A stretch of DNA of 64,000 bases from Thermodesulfobacteriota bacterium (GCA_965198945.1 CBDAQI010000011.1:45364-109363), one strand, 5' to 3'; counted from the stretch's first letter, positions 38,589 to 49,382 are shown. Translations and numbers: made by a program. Notes: generated by a model not told the origin, from the sequence alone.

Positions 38589-39614
38589 ATGAAAAAACTT
38601 CATCCCGGACTGATAGTTGATTCCCATTCCCTGAAGGAAATAGTGGAAATTTCCAAATACGCCGAAAGCGCGGGATTTCATTCCGTTTGGGCGACTGAGC
38701 TTTACAGAACGGCGTTTCAGCAGCTGGCAGCAATAGCCCCAAACACATCCACCATTAAACTCGGCACCGCGGTTGCGCTTGCATTTGTGAGAAGCCCTTT
38801 GATTACGGCGATAAGCGCAATGGATTTGGATGAATCTTCAGACGGAAGACTGATTCTGGGGCTTGGTTCGGGCGCCAGACGGACAAATGAGATGTGGCAC
38901 GGTCAGCCGTTTGGCAAACCCGTTGCCAGAATCAAAGAGTGTGTTGATGTTGTCCGGCGGGTTATTGCCGGTTCGCATATGGGCGGAGACGTTGTTTACG
39001 GCGGCCGGTATTACGATATAAATATCAGGGGATTCAAAAGGCCCTTTGAGCCCGTGCGCACAAATGTGCCGGTTTTTCTGGCCGCCGTGGGTGAGGGGAT
39101 GGCGCGAGCTTCGGCCCGCACGGCTGACGGTTACATAGGGCACATAGTGTGTTCAAAAAAGTATATTGAAAAAAAGGTTCTGCCCGCTTTGCGCACGGGT
39201 TTGTCAGAGTCGGGACGCACGCGTTCAGACTTCTGTGTTTCCTCAATTTTTACCTGCGCCGTTTGCGGGGAAAAAGATTTGCCGGAAACAAAAAGAGCGG
39301 CAAAGGCCACGGTCGCATTTTACGCCACGGTCAAAACCTACAGAAAACCGTTTGACCTTCAAGGTTTTACGGCGCGGACGGAAACAATCCGCGACTTTTA
39401 CTTCAAGGGCGATGTTGAAGGCATGATTGAAAATGTGACCGATGACATGCTTGATACTTTCGCAATTGTGGGAACTGCTGACCAGTGCAGAAAAAGAATT
39501 GACTCCTATTCGGACTATCTGGATCTGCCTATTTTGAGCGCCCCGCATTACTATCTTGAGCCCGGACAGGTCTCAATGTATCAGAAAAGAATTATTGAAT
39601 CCTTCGGCGCCTGA
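38589..39614 (+). CDS. LLM-class flavin/F420-dependent oxidoreductase
   Basis: AESAGFHSVWATE, TIKLGTAV, GRLILGLGSG, PVFLAAVG luciferase-like motifs. Confidence 0.88.
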   Translation: MKKLHPGLIVDSHSLKEIVEISKYAESAGFHSVWATELYRTAFQQLAAIAPNTSTIKLGTAVALAFVRSPLITAISAMDLDESSDGRLILGLGSGARRTNEMWHGQPFGKPVARIKECVDVVRRVIAGSHMGGDVVYGGRYYDINIRGFKRPFEPVRTNVPVFLAAVGEGMARASARTADGYIGHIVCSKKYIEKKVLPALRTGLSESGRTRSDFCVSSIFTCAVCGEKDLPETKRAAKATVAFYATVKTYRKPFDLQGFTARTETIRDFYFKGDVEGMIENVTDDMLDTFAIVGTADQCRKRIDSYSDYLDLPILSAPHYYLEPGQVSMYQKRIIESFGA

Positions 39615-39663
39615 GGATTTGTAATTGCTTTTTTCTCTTTTATAAAACACTATTTGAAAGACC

Positions 39664-40563
39664 GTGAAGATTTTCATATCCGGTTCAAGCGGCTTTATAG
39701 GTTCGGGCCTTGTGCGTTTTTTCAATGAAAGTGGGCACGAGGTAATAAGGGTTTTGAGAAAACCCCAACGGATTCAGTCCCCTGAAAAGCAGGTTTTCTA
39801 CGATCCGTATTCCGGCGTTTTGGACAAGCGGGATTTTGAGGGAGCGGATGCGTTCATACACCTCGCGGGACTGGGCATAATGCGCAGATGGAGCCCTTCG
39901 GTGAAAATGGAGATTGAGCGGAGCAGAGTTATAAGCACGGGTTTTCTGTCTTCCGTTTTCTCACGGCTTGAAAGACCTCCCGGGGTTTTTCTCTGCGCGT
40001 CCGCAACCGGTTTCTACGGAGACAGGGGTCAAGAGGTTTTAAATGAGCAAAGCGGGGCGGGAGAGGGATTTCTCGCGCGGGTCGCACGGGAATGGGAAGA
40101 TACGGCAAATTCCGCATCTCCCGTCACAAGGGTTGTGAATCTCCGGTTCGGGGTTGTTCTTGCAAAAGACGGCGGCGCTCTGGGTATGATGAGAATTCCC
40201 TTTATGCTGGGGCTGGGAGCAAAAGTAGGTGACGGGAAAGACTATTTGAGTTGGATATCACGCAACGACGCCGTAAGAGCGATTGAATTTATAATCGGAA
40301 ATAACGGCATTGCCGGACCGGTGAACATAGTGTCTCCGGCGCCCGTGCGCAATGGCGACTTTACAAAATGTGTTGCAAGCGCCCTGCGGCGCCCCGCGTT
40401 TGTGTCTCTTAACAAATCCGTTCTCAAACTCGTTCTTGGCGAAATGGGAGAGGAAGTTGTTATGAGCAGCGCGAGAGTTTTGCCGGACAGGCTTATAAAA
40501 ACCGGATTTCAGTTTGATGACTCAGACCTAAAGACCTTTCTTCGCTCGGAGCTTGAAAGATAA
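39664..40563 (+). CDS. TIGR01777-family epimerase/oxidoreductase
   Basis: GSSGFIG, IHLAG, SATGFYG, GFLA..WE, LRFGVVL, GPVN. Confidence 0.9.
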   Translation: MKIFISGSSGFIGSGLVRFFNESGHEVIRVLRKPQRIQSPEKQVFYDPYSGVLDKRDFEGADAFIHLAGLGIMRRWSPSVKMEIERSRVISTGFLSSVFSRLERPPGVFLCASATGFYGDRGQEVLNEQSGAGEGFLARVAREWEDTANSASPVTRVVNLRFGVVLAKDGGALGMMRIPFMLGLGAKVGDGKDYLSWISRNDAVRAIEFIIGNNGIAGPVNIVSPAPVRNGDFTKCVASALRRPAFVSLNKSVLKLVLGEMGEEVVMSSARVLPDRLIKTGFQFDDSDLKTFLRSELER

Positions 40564-40565
40564 TA

Positions 40566-41204
40566 ATGAAAAAAAAGGACAGACAGTATCTCCTTATGAG
40601 TCTTGATGAGTCAAAAATTGAGAGCGACCCTTTCAAACAGTTTTCTCTCTGGTACGAAGACGCATTGCAGTCCGGCATTGATCTGCCGAATGCTTTTATC
40701 CTTTCCACAGCTTCGCCGGACGGGGCGCCCTCATCAAGGGTGCTGCTTTTGAAGGGTTCCGAAGGCGGGGGTTACAGCTTCTACACAAACTCTCTAAGCA
40801 GAAAAGGAAAGGAGATGGACTCAAACCCGCGCGCCTCAATGTGTTTTTTCTGGAACTCTCTTGAGAGGCAGATAAGGATTGAGGGGCGCATTGAAATTGT
40901 GAAAGACGCCGAAGCCGATGATTATTTTGCTCAAAGGCCCCGAGGAAGCAGAATAGGAGCATGGGCTTCTCCTCAGGGGGAAGTTGTGAGCGGCAGAGAG
41001 GAACTTGAGCAGAAATTTGCCCTGTATGAAGAGAAATTTAAGAATTCCGCAACGGTTCTCCGCCCCCCTTTCTGGAAAGGTTACAGACTTGTTCCCTCGG
41101 TGTTTGAGTTCTGGCAGGGCAGAAAGAACCGCATGCATGACAGAATCAGATACGGAATGAAAGAAAAACCCGGCGGCTGGGTAATGGAAAGACTTGCTCC
41201 CTGA
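40566..41204 (+). CDS. pdxH: Pyridoxamine 5'-phosphate oxidase
   Basis: DPFKQF..W, RVLLLK, FYTN..SRKG, RQIRIEG, EFWQGR..R.HDR, RLAP. Confidence 0.96.
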   Translation: MKKKDRQYLLMSLDESKIESDPFKQFSLWYEDALQSGIDLPNAFILSTASPDGAPSSRVLLLKGSEGGGYSFYTNSLSRKGKEMDSNPRASMCFFWNSLERQIRIEGRIEIVKDAEADDYFAQRPRGSRIGAWASPQGEVVSGREELEQKFALYEEKFKNSATVLRPPFWKGYRLVPSVFEFWQGRKNRMHDRIRYGMKEKPGGWVMERLAP

Positions 41205-41212
41205 AGCGGATT

Positions 41213-42106
41213 TTACAGACCGAGTCTTTTGAAGATGGCTTTAATATGGGAAGACCTGTTCAGCAAATAAAAATGAATTCCGGGAACACCGGCGCTCAGA
41301 AGTTTTTCCGCCTGTTCCGCGCAGATTTCTATTCCGGAGTCTCCGCAGTCGCCGTTTTTCCTCTCGCTTTCCTCAAGCCTTTTCATTACATTTTCAGGTA
41401 TTGCGCTTCCGCACATTGAGGCTATTTTCAAAACCTGTTTTGTTGAAAGGATAGGCATAAGGCCCGGTATAACGAGGGCTTGTATCCCGCGCTCACGCAC
41501 TCTCGCCACATAATCAAAATAAAAATTGTTGTCATAAAACAACTGGGTGATTATTATGTCCGCCCCGGCGCGTGTTTTTTTCTCAAGGTTTGCTATGTCT
41601 TCATCCATTGAACCCGCTTCAATATGTTTTTCCGGATATCCGGCCACCGCAATACCGAAGCTGTCTGTTCCGGGGATTTGATTCTCAAAATTTCTTATGT
41701 GGCTTACAAGCTCGTTTGCATGCGAATATCCGTTCTCAAACGGTATGAACTGCCCCCGGTTTCCGGGCGGGTCTCCCCTCAGCGCGACTATGTTCCGGAT
41801 ACCGCGCGCCCGCAGGTCTTTCAAAATTAAATCTATGTCCGCGCTTGAGGATCCCACGCAGGTAAGGTGGCTTGCGGTCAGAATTCCCAGGTTGTCTTTT
41901 ATGTGGGAGGCTATTTCAAAACTGTTTGCTCTGGTTGTTCCCATCGCGCCATATGTGACCGATATGAATTGCGGAGACAAGCCGGCAAGTTCGTCCAGAC
42001 AGAACAGAAGATTTTTTTGCCCTTCCGGGGTTTTTGGAGGAAAAATTTCAAACGAAATAACCGGTTTTTTTTCTTTTTCATATAATTCTGGGAAGATTGC
42101 CATCAT
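41213..42106 (-). CDS. metF: 5,10-methylenetetrahydrofolate reductase
   Basis: SFEIFPPK, SVTYGA, HLTC, ALRGDPP, AGYPEKH, ITQLF, HFYLLN. Confidence 0.95.
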   Translation of the reverse strand: MMAIFPELYEKEKKPVISFEIFPPKTPEGQKNLLFCLDELAGLSPQFISVTYGAMGTTRANSFEIASHIKDNLGILTASHLTCVGSSSADIDLILKDLRARGIRNIVALRGDPPGNRGQFIPFENGYSHANELVSHIRNFENQIPGTDSFGIAVAGYPEKHIEAGSMDEDIANLEKKTRAGADIIITQLFYDNNFYFDYVARVRERGIQALVIPGLMPILSTKQVLKIASMCGSAIPENVMKRLEESERKNGDCGDSGIEICAEQAEKLLSAGVPGIHFYLLNRSSHIKAIFKRLGL

Positions 42107-42113
42107 ATCTCCT

Positions 42114-43271
42114 TTAGGCTTCACGACTTTCCGGAGGAGTCGGCACTCCGGCCGCAAGCAGGGCGATAATTAAAACCAGGGATACCGACAGAGTTATTCC
42201 CGCTCCCGTCGCATAAAAAAGACCCGCAAGCACGCTTCCGGTAAACGCTCCGAGAAAGCTTGCAAAGTTTAGCAGGCCGGAAAGTGTCCCCCTTGAGTTT
42301 ACGGGCACTATCTGGGTTAGAAAGGACGGAAGAATAGGCTGGAATATGGAATGTCCGAGGAAAAAAACGGTTCCCGCAACAATCAGGCCGGTTTTTCCGG
42401 AACTTGCCGCCGCCGCCAGAGTCCCGAGCGTGAGGAGAACCAGACCCGCCGCCACCGGGATGTTCATCTTCTTGCGTCTCTCCATAATTTTGAGAAACGG
42501 ATAAGTGAAAACCGCCGCCGGAAGAAGGACTATCAGATATGCCTTCCATATACGGGAAATTGTTTCCCCTGCGGCATTATCCCAACTGAGCGGGTAAACA
42601 AAAAGAAATATATTCAGTACGGAAGAAAGTATGAAAGAACTTATCAGTATCTTCTTTATATTGGCGTTGTATAGAATGCTCATTACCTTTTTTTCCGTGA
42701 TTTGTTCGGCGGTTTTTTTCTCACTCGGGAAAAACAGAAGGGTTATCAAAATTGCCGCGGCCCCAAGTCCGGCAAGAATATGGAAAAGAGTTTGAAAGCC
42801 CACCCACGATGCCAGAACCGGGCCCATGACAAGAGAAACCATAAAACTTGCCCCGATTATAATCCCCGTTATTGCGAAAGACTGCCCGCGCACTCCGGGT
42901 CTTGTGAAGTCTCCGAGAGCCGCGATTGCCACCGCGCCGACGGCGCCGCTTCCCTGTACCGTTCTCGCCGCTATGAGCTGCCAGATGTTTTCCGCAAATC
43001 CGCACCAGATGCTGCCGGCGCAGAAAAGGAGGAGGCCCGCAATAATAACGGGTTTTCTGCCGAGTTTGTCACTTGCTTTTCCGAACGGGATTTGAAGCGC
43101 CGCCTGAACCAGCGCATATATGCCGAAAGCAATGCCCGTGAGTAAGGGCGAAGATCCCGGATAGTCCAGCACATATAAACTGAAAACCGGCAGAATAAGG
43201 AAAATCCCGAGCAGCCTTGTGGCAAGTATTGCTCCTATAATTTTTGTCGCTTTCGCCTCGGTCCGGTTCAT
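42114..43271 (-). CDS. MFS transporter (YajR-like)
   Basis: QIPFGKASDKLGRKP motif A, RTVQGSGA; 12-TM pattern. Confidence 0.9.
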   Translation of the reverse strand: MNRTEAKATKIIGAILATRLLGIFLILPVFSLYVLDYPGSSPLLTGIAFGIYALVQAALQIPFGKASDKLGRKPVIIAGLLLFCAGSIWCGFAENIWQLIAARTVQGSGAVGAVAIAALGDFTRPGVRGQSFAITGIIIGASFMVSLVMGPVLASWVGFQTLFHILAGLGAAAILITLLFFPSEKKTAEQITEKKVMSILYNANIKKILISSFILSSVLNIFLFVYPLSWDNAAGETISRIWKAYLIVLLPAAVFTYPFLKIMERRKKMNIPVAAGLVLLTLGTLAAAASSGKTGLIVAGTVFFLGHSIFQPILPSFLTQIVPVNSRGTLSGLLNFASFLGAFTGSVLAGLFYATGAGITLSVSLVLIIALLAAGVPTPPESREA

Positions 43272-43357
43272 TGTTGCGGTTGTGCGCTGTTGCTTTCCGC
43301 GCGACGGTATTTTATCATAAAGGGAAGGTTTTATTCCCTTCTAAATCTTCTTGTTTG

Positions 43358-44479
43358 ATGGAACGTTTGCGGGCCGAAATTGACTTAGACGCATTGAGAA
43401 ACAATGTGGAACTGTCGGCGCGGAGGGTTGGAAGCGGCGTCGGAATCATTGCCGTTGTAAAAGCTGATGCCTACGGGCATGGCGCGGTTGAAGTTTCCCG
43501 CGGCCTTGCAAGCTTTCCCGCGGTTAAAATGCTCGGAGTTTCTTCCGTTGAAGAGGGCCTTGAATTAAGAGAGTCGGGAATTTTCGCTCCGATTCTTGTT
43601 ATGGGCGTTGCGACGGACTCCCGTGTTCCGGATGCGGTAAGCGCCGGCATAACACTGAGCGTTTTCACCGAAGAGTGTCTTGTTTCACTTTCCGAAGCGG
43701 CGAAAAAATGTGGCAGGGCCGCGTCTTACCACCTGAAAATAGACACCGGAATGGCGCGTCTCGGCCTTCCCGAAAAAGACTGTTTTTCTCTGATGGAGAA
43801 AGCCCGTAATATGGAAGAGTTGAAGTTTGAAGGCATTTTCACACATCTTGCTTACTCTTCATGTCCGCAGCCCGAGCCGACTTTTGAACAGATTTCCCGT
43901 TTTAATTCGGTGGTTTCCGAATTTGAAAAATCGTGTTTGCCGCGTCCCCGTCTCAGACATATGGCCAACAGCGCTGCGGTTCAGCGATTTTCCGAATCGT
44001 TCTGCAATATGGTAAGGCCCGGAATAATGCTTTACGGTTCGTCATTTGAGAAACAAGACCTTGTTTCTGTTATGAGAGTTAAAAGTTCGGTTGTCAGGTT
44101 GAGAAAGCTGGGCGCGGGGGAGCCGGTGGGTTATGGCGGCACTTTCACAACAAAAAAACCGTCAATCATCGCGGTAATACCGGTCGGATACAGAGACGGA
44201 TATTTCAGGAGGCTTTCCAATCGTTCAAGGGTTTCAATAAAGGGCGTTGCGGCTCCGGTTGTGGGAGAAGTGTGCATGGACTTTACGACCGTGGATGTTA
44301 CGGGAATTCAAGGGATTCAAGTCGGGGATGAGGCGGTTTTATTCGGGAGCGGAGGGGTCTCCGTTGAAGATGTGGCAAAATGGGCGGAAACCATACCATA
44401 TGAAATTATGACCGTTATGGGAGGCAAAATCAGCAGGAAAATATATAAAAGAGACACGGGAACAGAAGCGGAAAATTGA
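43358..44479 (+). CDS. alr: Alanine racemase
   Basis: AVVKADAYGHG, HLKIDTGM.RLG, H.ANSA, VRPGI.LYG, PVGYRDG, TIPYE. Confidence 0.97.
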   Translation: MERLRAEIDLDALRNNVELSARRVGSGVGIIAVVKADAYGHGAVEVSRGLASFPAVKMLGVSSVEEGLELRESGIFAPILVMGVATDSRVPDAVSAGITLSVFTEECLVSLSEAAKKCGRAASYHLKIDTGMARLGLPEKDCFSLMEKARNMEELKFEGIFTHLAYSSCPQPEPTFEQISRFNSVVSEFEKSCLPRPRLRHMANSAAVQRFSESFCNMVRPGIMLYGSSFEKQDLVSVMRVKSSVVRLRKLGAGEPVGYGGTFTTKKPSIIAVIPVGYRDGYFRRLSNRSRVSIKGVAAPVVGEVCMDFTTVDVTGIQGIQVGDEAVLFGSGGVSVEDVAKWAETIPYEIMTVMGGKISRKIYKRDTGTEAEN

Positions 44480-45868
44480 GCGCCCGGAAATTTTTGTGTC
44501 TGTGCCTTTTGGTAATGCCGATTTTTATTTCGTCAGTGTTGCGGGCACGCACTGCCGAGGCTTTTGTTCTCAAGGATGATCCGTTCGGTTTTTCCCGGGA
44601 AGACTCTTTTGTTTCAGCTTATTCTTTCGGTCCGTTTTTTGAAGGTTGAAGACAAAGAAAGCCCCGAGTTTGCTTTCAGGCCGCTTTTTTATCTCAAAAA
44701 AAACAGGCCGGCCGGGTCACTGAGTCTGGATATTCTTTATCCGTTTTTTCACTATAAACAAAACAATGACGGTTATCGTGCCGGGTTTTTATTTAATTTG
44801 CTCTCTTTTGGAAATAAAGTTCAGTCGGGAGCGCGTGAGAAAACTTTCAGACTGTATCCGCTGTTTTTTCATCGTTCCTCCGATATTCCGGAAAGGAGGC
44901 AGTTTGCGTTTGCGCCGTTTTACGGGAATTTCGGCGGCAAAACCAAATTTGTTCTTTTTCCTCTTTATTTGCGGACCAGTTCCGGCAAGGGCGTTACTCA
45001 CAATGTGCTCTGGCCGTTTTTCGCTTTTTATTCCGGAGAGCGCAAAGGATTCAGATTCTGGCCGTTTTTCGGCAGGGTTGAGCAGAAAAAATATCGGATG
45101 AAGTTTGTTATGTGGCCGCTCTATTTTGACCGAGAAGTTGGGGCCGGCGCATCATACAGTCGCTACAAGGCTTTTTTCCCTTTTTATTACAGATTTGACT
45201 ACAAAACCCAATCCAACAAAATTTATCTCTGGCCTCTTTTCCAGAAAAGCACCGACCCGGCAAATAATCTTGATTCACTTCATTTGCCCTGGCCGTTTGT
45301 CAATTTCAAAAAGAGTGATGATGGGACGCGGACGAGGTTTTTTCCCCTGTTTGAAAAATCTGAAATTCCGGGTGTGAAAAAGACCCGTTTTTTTCTCTGG
45401 CCTCTTTATACTTCCTCCCGAATCAAGCTCAGCAGTTACTACTATAAAAAGGACAGTGTTTTGATTATTTTCAAAATACGGCGTGAAAAGCCGTTTGACG
45501 GCCGGAGAGCTTCTTCACTGAAAGTTGATTTATGGCCGGTATTTTCATACAGGAAGGATGAAAAGGGGAGAAGTTATTTCCACATGCTTTCACTTTTTGA
45601 GCCGTTCATAGGGTCAAGCGAAAAACTCTACAGAAACTACGCATTTTTATGGAGAGTTCTTGAAGTCCGCAGGAAAAAAAATGTCGGAACCTCCGTTTCT
45701 CTTCTGTTCGGGATTTTGAATTTCAAAAAAACCTGTGAAGAAAAATCTTTTTATATAGCGGGCAAGGCGTTCGGTTATTACTCCGGCTCAGAAGGGCGCA
45801 AAATCAGATTTTTGTTTCTTCCTGTTAAAATAGGTTCTCCGCAAAGCGGGAGGAATTGCAGCGGATGA
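44476..45868 (+). CDS. Exported aromatic-Pro repeat protein of unknown function (frameshift at T6, 44635-44640)
   Basis: TTG 44476 gives a signal peptide and first GPFF repeat; the +1 frame continues with many (L/F)(W/F)P(L/F)(F/Y) repeats; overlaps alr and mlaE. Confidence 0.75.
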
Positions 45869-46638
45869 AAGAAGGAGCCATAAAAAGTTTTGCGACCTTC
45901 ACCGGAGGCGCTCTGAATCTTTTTCTTGTGTCGGTTTACTGGTGTAAAGACATAAGAAAAAATATGGACAAAGTTTTTTTTCAAATAGTTGTGATTGGCT
46001 CGGATACTCTTGTTGTCGCCTTGGTAATAGGGCTTTCAGGCGGAGCGGTTCTCGCGCTTCAAACGGGACCTCTGCTTGCTGATTTCGGAATTCAGGAAAC
46101 ACTCGGCGGGCTCATAGGGGTGGCGGTTTCAAGGGAAATCGGTCCGGTTATGTGCTCAATACTTGTTGCCGGCCGTCTGGGTTCGGCGATAACCGCCGAG
46201 ATAGCGTCAATGAGGGTTTACGATGAGATTGACGCCTTGAAAACAATGAGAATAGACCCGGTAAGGTTTCTTGTTATGCCGCGTCTTGTGGCTTTTATAG
46301 TTTCAATGCCGCTGCTTGTGCTTGTTGTGATTGTTATGGGTTGGCTCGGTGGCGCTCTTGTGGGCGCCACAAACCCGGCAATCTCTCTTCCCTCGGCGGT
46401 TTATTTTAACAACCTTGGAGACTTCGTAACTTTGAAGACAGTTTTGAACGGCGTTATCAAAGCTATGATTTTTGGTCTTTTCATTCTGATGATTTGTTCC
46501 AAAATCGGTCTTGAGACAACCGGGGGCCCCCGGCAGATAGGCGTTTCGGTCACACGCGCGGTTGTCGCGTCAATAGTGATGATACTCGTATGCGATTACT
46601 TTACTTCAAAAATTTTGTTCATTGTCGGAATAGTTTAA
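45865..46638 (+). CDS. mlaE: MlaE-family ABC permease
   Basis: REIGPV, AGRLGSAITAEIASM..EIDAL..DP..LV.PR, VTRAVV. Confidence 0.93.
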   Translation: MKEGAIKSFATFTGGALNLFLVSVYWCKDIRKNMDKVFFQIVVIGSDTLVVALVIGLSGGAVLALQTGPLLADFGIQETLGGLIGVAVSREIGPVMCSILVAGRLGSAITAEIASMRVYDEIDALKTMRIDPVRFLVMPRLVAFIVSMPLLVLVVIVMGWLGGALVGATNPAISLPSAVYFNNLGDFVTLKTVLNGVIKAMIFGLFILMICSKIGLETTGGPRQIGVSVTRAVVASIVMILVCDYFTSKILFIVGIV

Positions 46639-46657
46639 GGTCGGACTAAATACTGAA

Positions 46658-47443
46658 ATGAGCAAAACAAATCTTCAAATTCTCCTGTCCCACCTGACCG
46701 GAAAACCGGTTCCGGTTGAAGTTCGCGGTTTAAAAAAGTCTTTTGGCCGGAGGGAGGTGCTGAAAGGGGTGGATTTGAGTATCGCTCCCGGTGAAATAAT
46801 GGTTTTTCTGGGCAGGAGCGGTTCGGGCAAAACGGTTCTTTTAAGACACATATCCGGTCTTGAATCTCCGGATGAGGGAGAAGTCCTGATTGATTCCGAC
46901 CCGCCGCAGAGCACTCCCGCAACCGTTTCTCTTGTTTTTCAATCCTCCGCGCTCTTCAATTCAATGAATGTTGCGGAAAATGTGGAGCTGTTTATCAGAG
47001 AGCATCAACTTATTAAGGATGAAACCGAGATAAAGGAACTTTCTTTTGCGGTTATTTCCCTTGTGGGGCTTGCGGGAAGGGAAGAAGCCATGCCGTCTGA
47101 GCTCAGCGGCGGAATGCGCAGACGTGTTGCAATTGCCCGCGCCCTTGTGACAAATCCCAACCTGCTGTTGTTTGACGAGCCCACCACCGGGCTTGACCCC
47201 GCGACAAAAAAATCAATTCGGGATTTGATGCTTGTAATCAAACGGGAAGTGGGAATAACTCAGGTGGTTGTAACTCATGATATTCAACTTGCCTTTGTTC
47301 TCGCCGAAAGGTTATCTATAATGATAGATGGAAAAATAATTGAAAGCGGAACATGGAAAGAGTTGTCCGCAAGCAGAAATCCGATAGTGAGCGGTTTTTT
47401 GACCGGGTCGGAAGTTGAAGAAAAATTGGAAGAACAAAATTGA
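46658..47443 (+). CDS. mlaF: MlaF-family ABC ATPase
   Basis: GRSGSGKT, LSGGMRRRVAIARA, LFDEPTTGLDP, VTHD. Confidence 0.92.
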   Translation: MSKTNLQILLSHLTGKPVPVEVRGLKKSFGRREVLKGVDLSIAPGEIMVFLGRSGSGKTVLLRHISGLESPDEGEVLIDSDPPQSTPATVSLVFQSSALFNSMNVAENVELFIREHQLIKDETEIKELSFAVISLVGLAGREEAMPSELSGGMRRRVAIARALVTNPNLLLFDEPTTGLDPATKKSIRDLMLVIKREVGITQVVVTHDIQLAFVLAERLSIMIDGKIIESGTWKELSASRNPIVSGFLTGSEVEEKLEEQN

Positions 47444-48096
47444 AAGAGGCACGTAAAAGAGAATTAAAGATAGGCGCGTTTTTTCTCGCGGGGGTTTTTG
47501 CCGTTCTGATAGTGCTTGAGTTTGCCGGTTCAGTGCCTTTTATTTCCAACCAGAGGAGTTTGAATATTTATTTTGATTCCGTTTCGGGGCTTGAAGAGGG
47601 CGCTTTTGTGAAAATGGAAGGCGTCAGGGTGGGAAATATAAAAAACATTGACTTTGCCGAAGACGGAAAGAGAATTAAAGTCACGGTCGCGGTTCGCACC
47701 GATGTTGCGTTAAGAAAAGACACTGTTGCATCGGTGCGGCTCAGCAGCCTTCTTGGAACAAGCTACATAAACCTTTCAATCGGTTCTCCTGATTCACCCC
47801 TTCTTCCGCCCGGATATGCGATAGAAGGTGAGTCTTCATATGATGTTGACAAAATCATTCAGGACGCCGGGATGCTTATGAGCGAGGCGTCTCAGGCGGC
47901 CGTGCGCCTCAATTCCATCCTTACAAAAATTGATGACGGAAAAGGCTCGGTCGGTAAAATTGTCAACGAAGATGACCTTTATTTTGCCGCAAAAGATGTG
48001 GTTGCGAAAGCTGACAAAAGTCTGGACACCATTGAAGACCTTGCCCCGGTCAGTTTTATAGTCTCGGTTTTCGGGATTGCGGCAACATTCTACTGA
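47440..48096 (+). CDS. mlaD: MlaD/MCE-domain protein
   Basis: N-terminal TM, FDSVSGL..G..V...GV.VG, SLLG..YI, short helical tail GKGSVGKIVNE. Confidence 0.92.
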   Translation: MKEARKRELKIGAFFLAGVFAVLIVLEFAGSVPFISNQRSLNIYFDSVSGLEEGAFVKMEGVRVGNIKNIDFAEDGKRIKVTVAVRTDVALRKDTVASVRLSSLLGTSYINLSIGSPDSPLLPPGYAIEGESSYDVDKIIQDAGMLMSEASQAAVRLNSILTKIDDGKGSVGKIVNEDDLYFAAKDVVAKADKSLDTIEDLAPVSFIVSVFGIAATFY

Positions 48097-48183
48097 TTTC
48101 AGTATTCTGATTTGTTACCGTATAGGTTTTATTATAAGGAGCGGTTCGCGTGCGCCCAAGCTGCGGACTTGCGGGTGATTCCA

Positions 48184-48639
48184 ATGAAACGGGTATGCAA
48201 ACATCCCACGGTTCACAGAGACTACCATATAGAGGAAAAGTTTGAGGCCGGCCTTGTCTTGACGGGTTCTGAAGTCAAATCTCTCAGAAACGGCAAGGCG
48301 AGCATAAAAGAGAGTTATGCCATTGTGCGCACCGGTGAAGTTGAGCTTGTCGGCAGCTACATAGCCCCATATCAGGCTGCCGGGGTTTTTGACCATGACC
48401 CCAACCGTTCAAGAAAACTGCTTTTGAAAAAGCGAGAAATAAACAGACTTATCGGCAAAACACAGATGAAGGGTTACACGCTTGTGCCTACCGCCATTTA
48501 TTTTCGCGGCGGCTTTGCCAAGGTGGAGATTGCCGTTGCCAAAGGCAAAAAACTTTATGACAAACGTTCCGACATTAAAAAACGTGAAGCGGACAGGGAG
48601 ATGGAAAGAGCTATGAAAAGGGCGTTGAAGAGAAGATGA
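48184..48639 (+). CDS. smpB: SsrA-binding protein
   Basis: EAGLVLTGSEVKSLR, RKLLL, GKKLYDKR. Confidence 0.97.
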   Translation: MKRVCKHPTVHRDYHIEEKFEAGLVLTGSEVKSLRNGKASIKESYAIVRTGEVELVGSYIAPYQAAGVFDHDPNRSRKLLLKKREINRLIGKTQMKGYTLVPTAIYFRGGFAKVEIAVAKGKKLYDKRSDIKKREADREMERAMKRALKRR

Positions 48640-49325
48640 CGGGGCTGAGGGAAAAACTAAAATTGTGTGCGCCGCTTTTTACCGCTTTGTTTTTCTCGGT
48701 CTGCCTTTTTGCCAACGGTTTATATGCTCAGGATTTGGAGACCCGGCGCGAGTCCTGTATTTCCCGCGCTGAAAAAGGATTTTACAATGAAGCGGAAAAA
48801 CTGTGTCTTGAGGTGTTGCGCTCAAACCCTTATGATGCGGAGATTTGGGGCGTCATGGGTTTTATCCATGAAGAGACGGGCCGTTACGAAAGAGCGTCCG
48901 AGTCATATCAACAATATCTCAAAATCAACCCCGAAGACGCTCGGATTCTTTACTTTGCGGGCTTGTCATATGAGATGCGGGGGCTCAACGCCAAAGCGAT
49001 TGAATTTTACGAAAAAGCGTTGGATGTAAACCCCGATTTTGCCGAAGCGTGGAATGATCTCGGTTTTCTTTACGAATTGACGGGGCGGCACGAAAAGGCG
49101 ATGGAGTGTTTCAGTGAAGCCCTGCGGGCTGACCCCGAATACACGGAAGCATGGGAGAATATGGCTCGCTCCCATATCAAGCAGTCAAGCAAAAGAGCAC
49201 CTCGCCCTAAAAAGAAACAGCGGAGCCAGAATAGCCAGAAACCATATAACAAATATCAGAAAAACGCCGATTTCCTCCGCATGTTCAGCAGACCGATTGA
49301 AAAGAATCCCTATCCGTGGCGTTAG
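48636..49325 (+). CDS. Exported tetratricopeptide repeat protein
   Basis: Signal peptide plus about 4 TPRs (e.g. NPDFAEAWNDLG). Confidence 0.85.
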   Translation: MTGLREKLKLCAPLFTALFFSVCLFANGLYAQDLETRRESCISRAEKGFYNEAEKLCLEVLRSNPYDAEIWGVMGFIHEETGRYERASESYQQYLKINPEDARILYFAGLSYEMRGLNAKAIEFYEKALDVNPDFAEAWNDLGFLYELTGRHEKAMECFSEALRADPEYTEAWENMARSHIKQSSKRAPRPKKKQRSQNSQKPYNKYQKNADFLRMFSRPIEKNPYPWR

Positions 49326-49330
49326 GGCAA

Positions 49331-49382
49331 TGTAAAAAAACCTGACTTTATTGTTGACAACATTTTTGACATTTCCTATATT
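49331..49382 (+). promoter_or_regulatory. TA promoter with two imperfect palindromic operators
   Basis: TTGACA(49354)-N17-TATATT; tgtaaa-N5-ctgact and tgacaa-N5-ttgaca. Confidence 0.65.
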
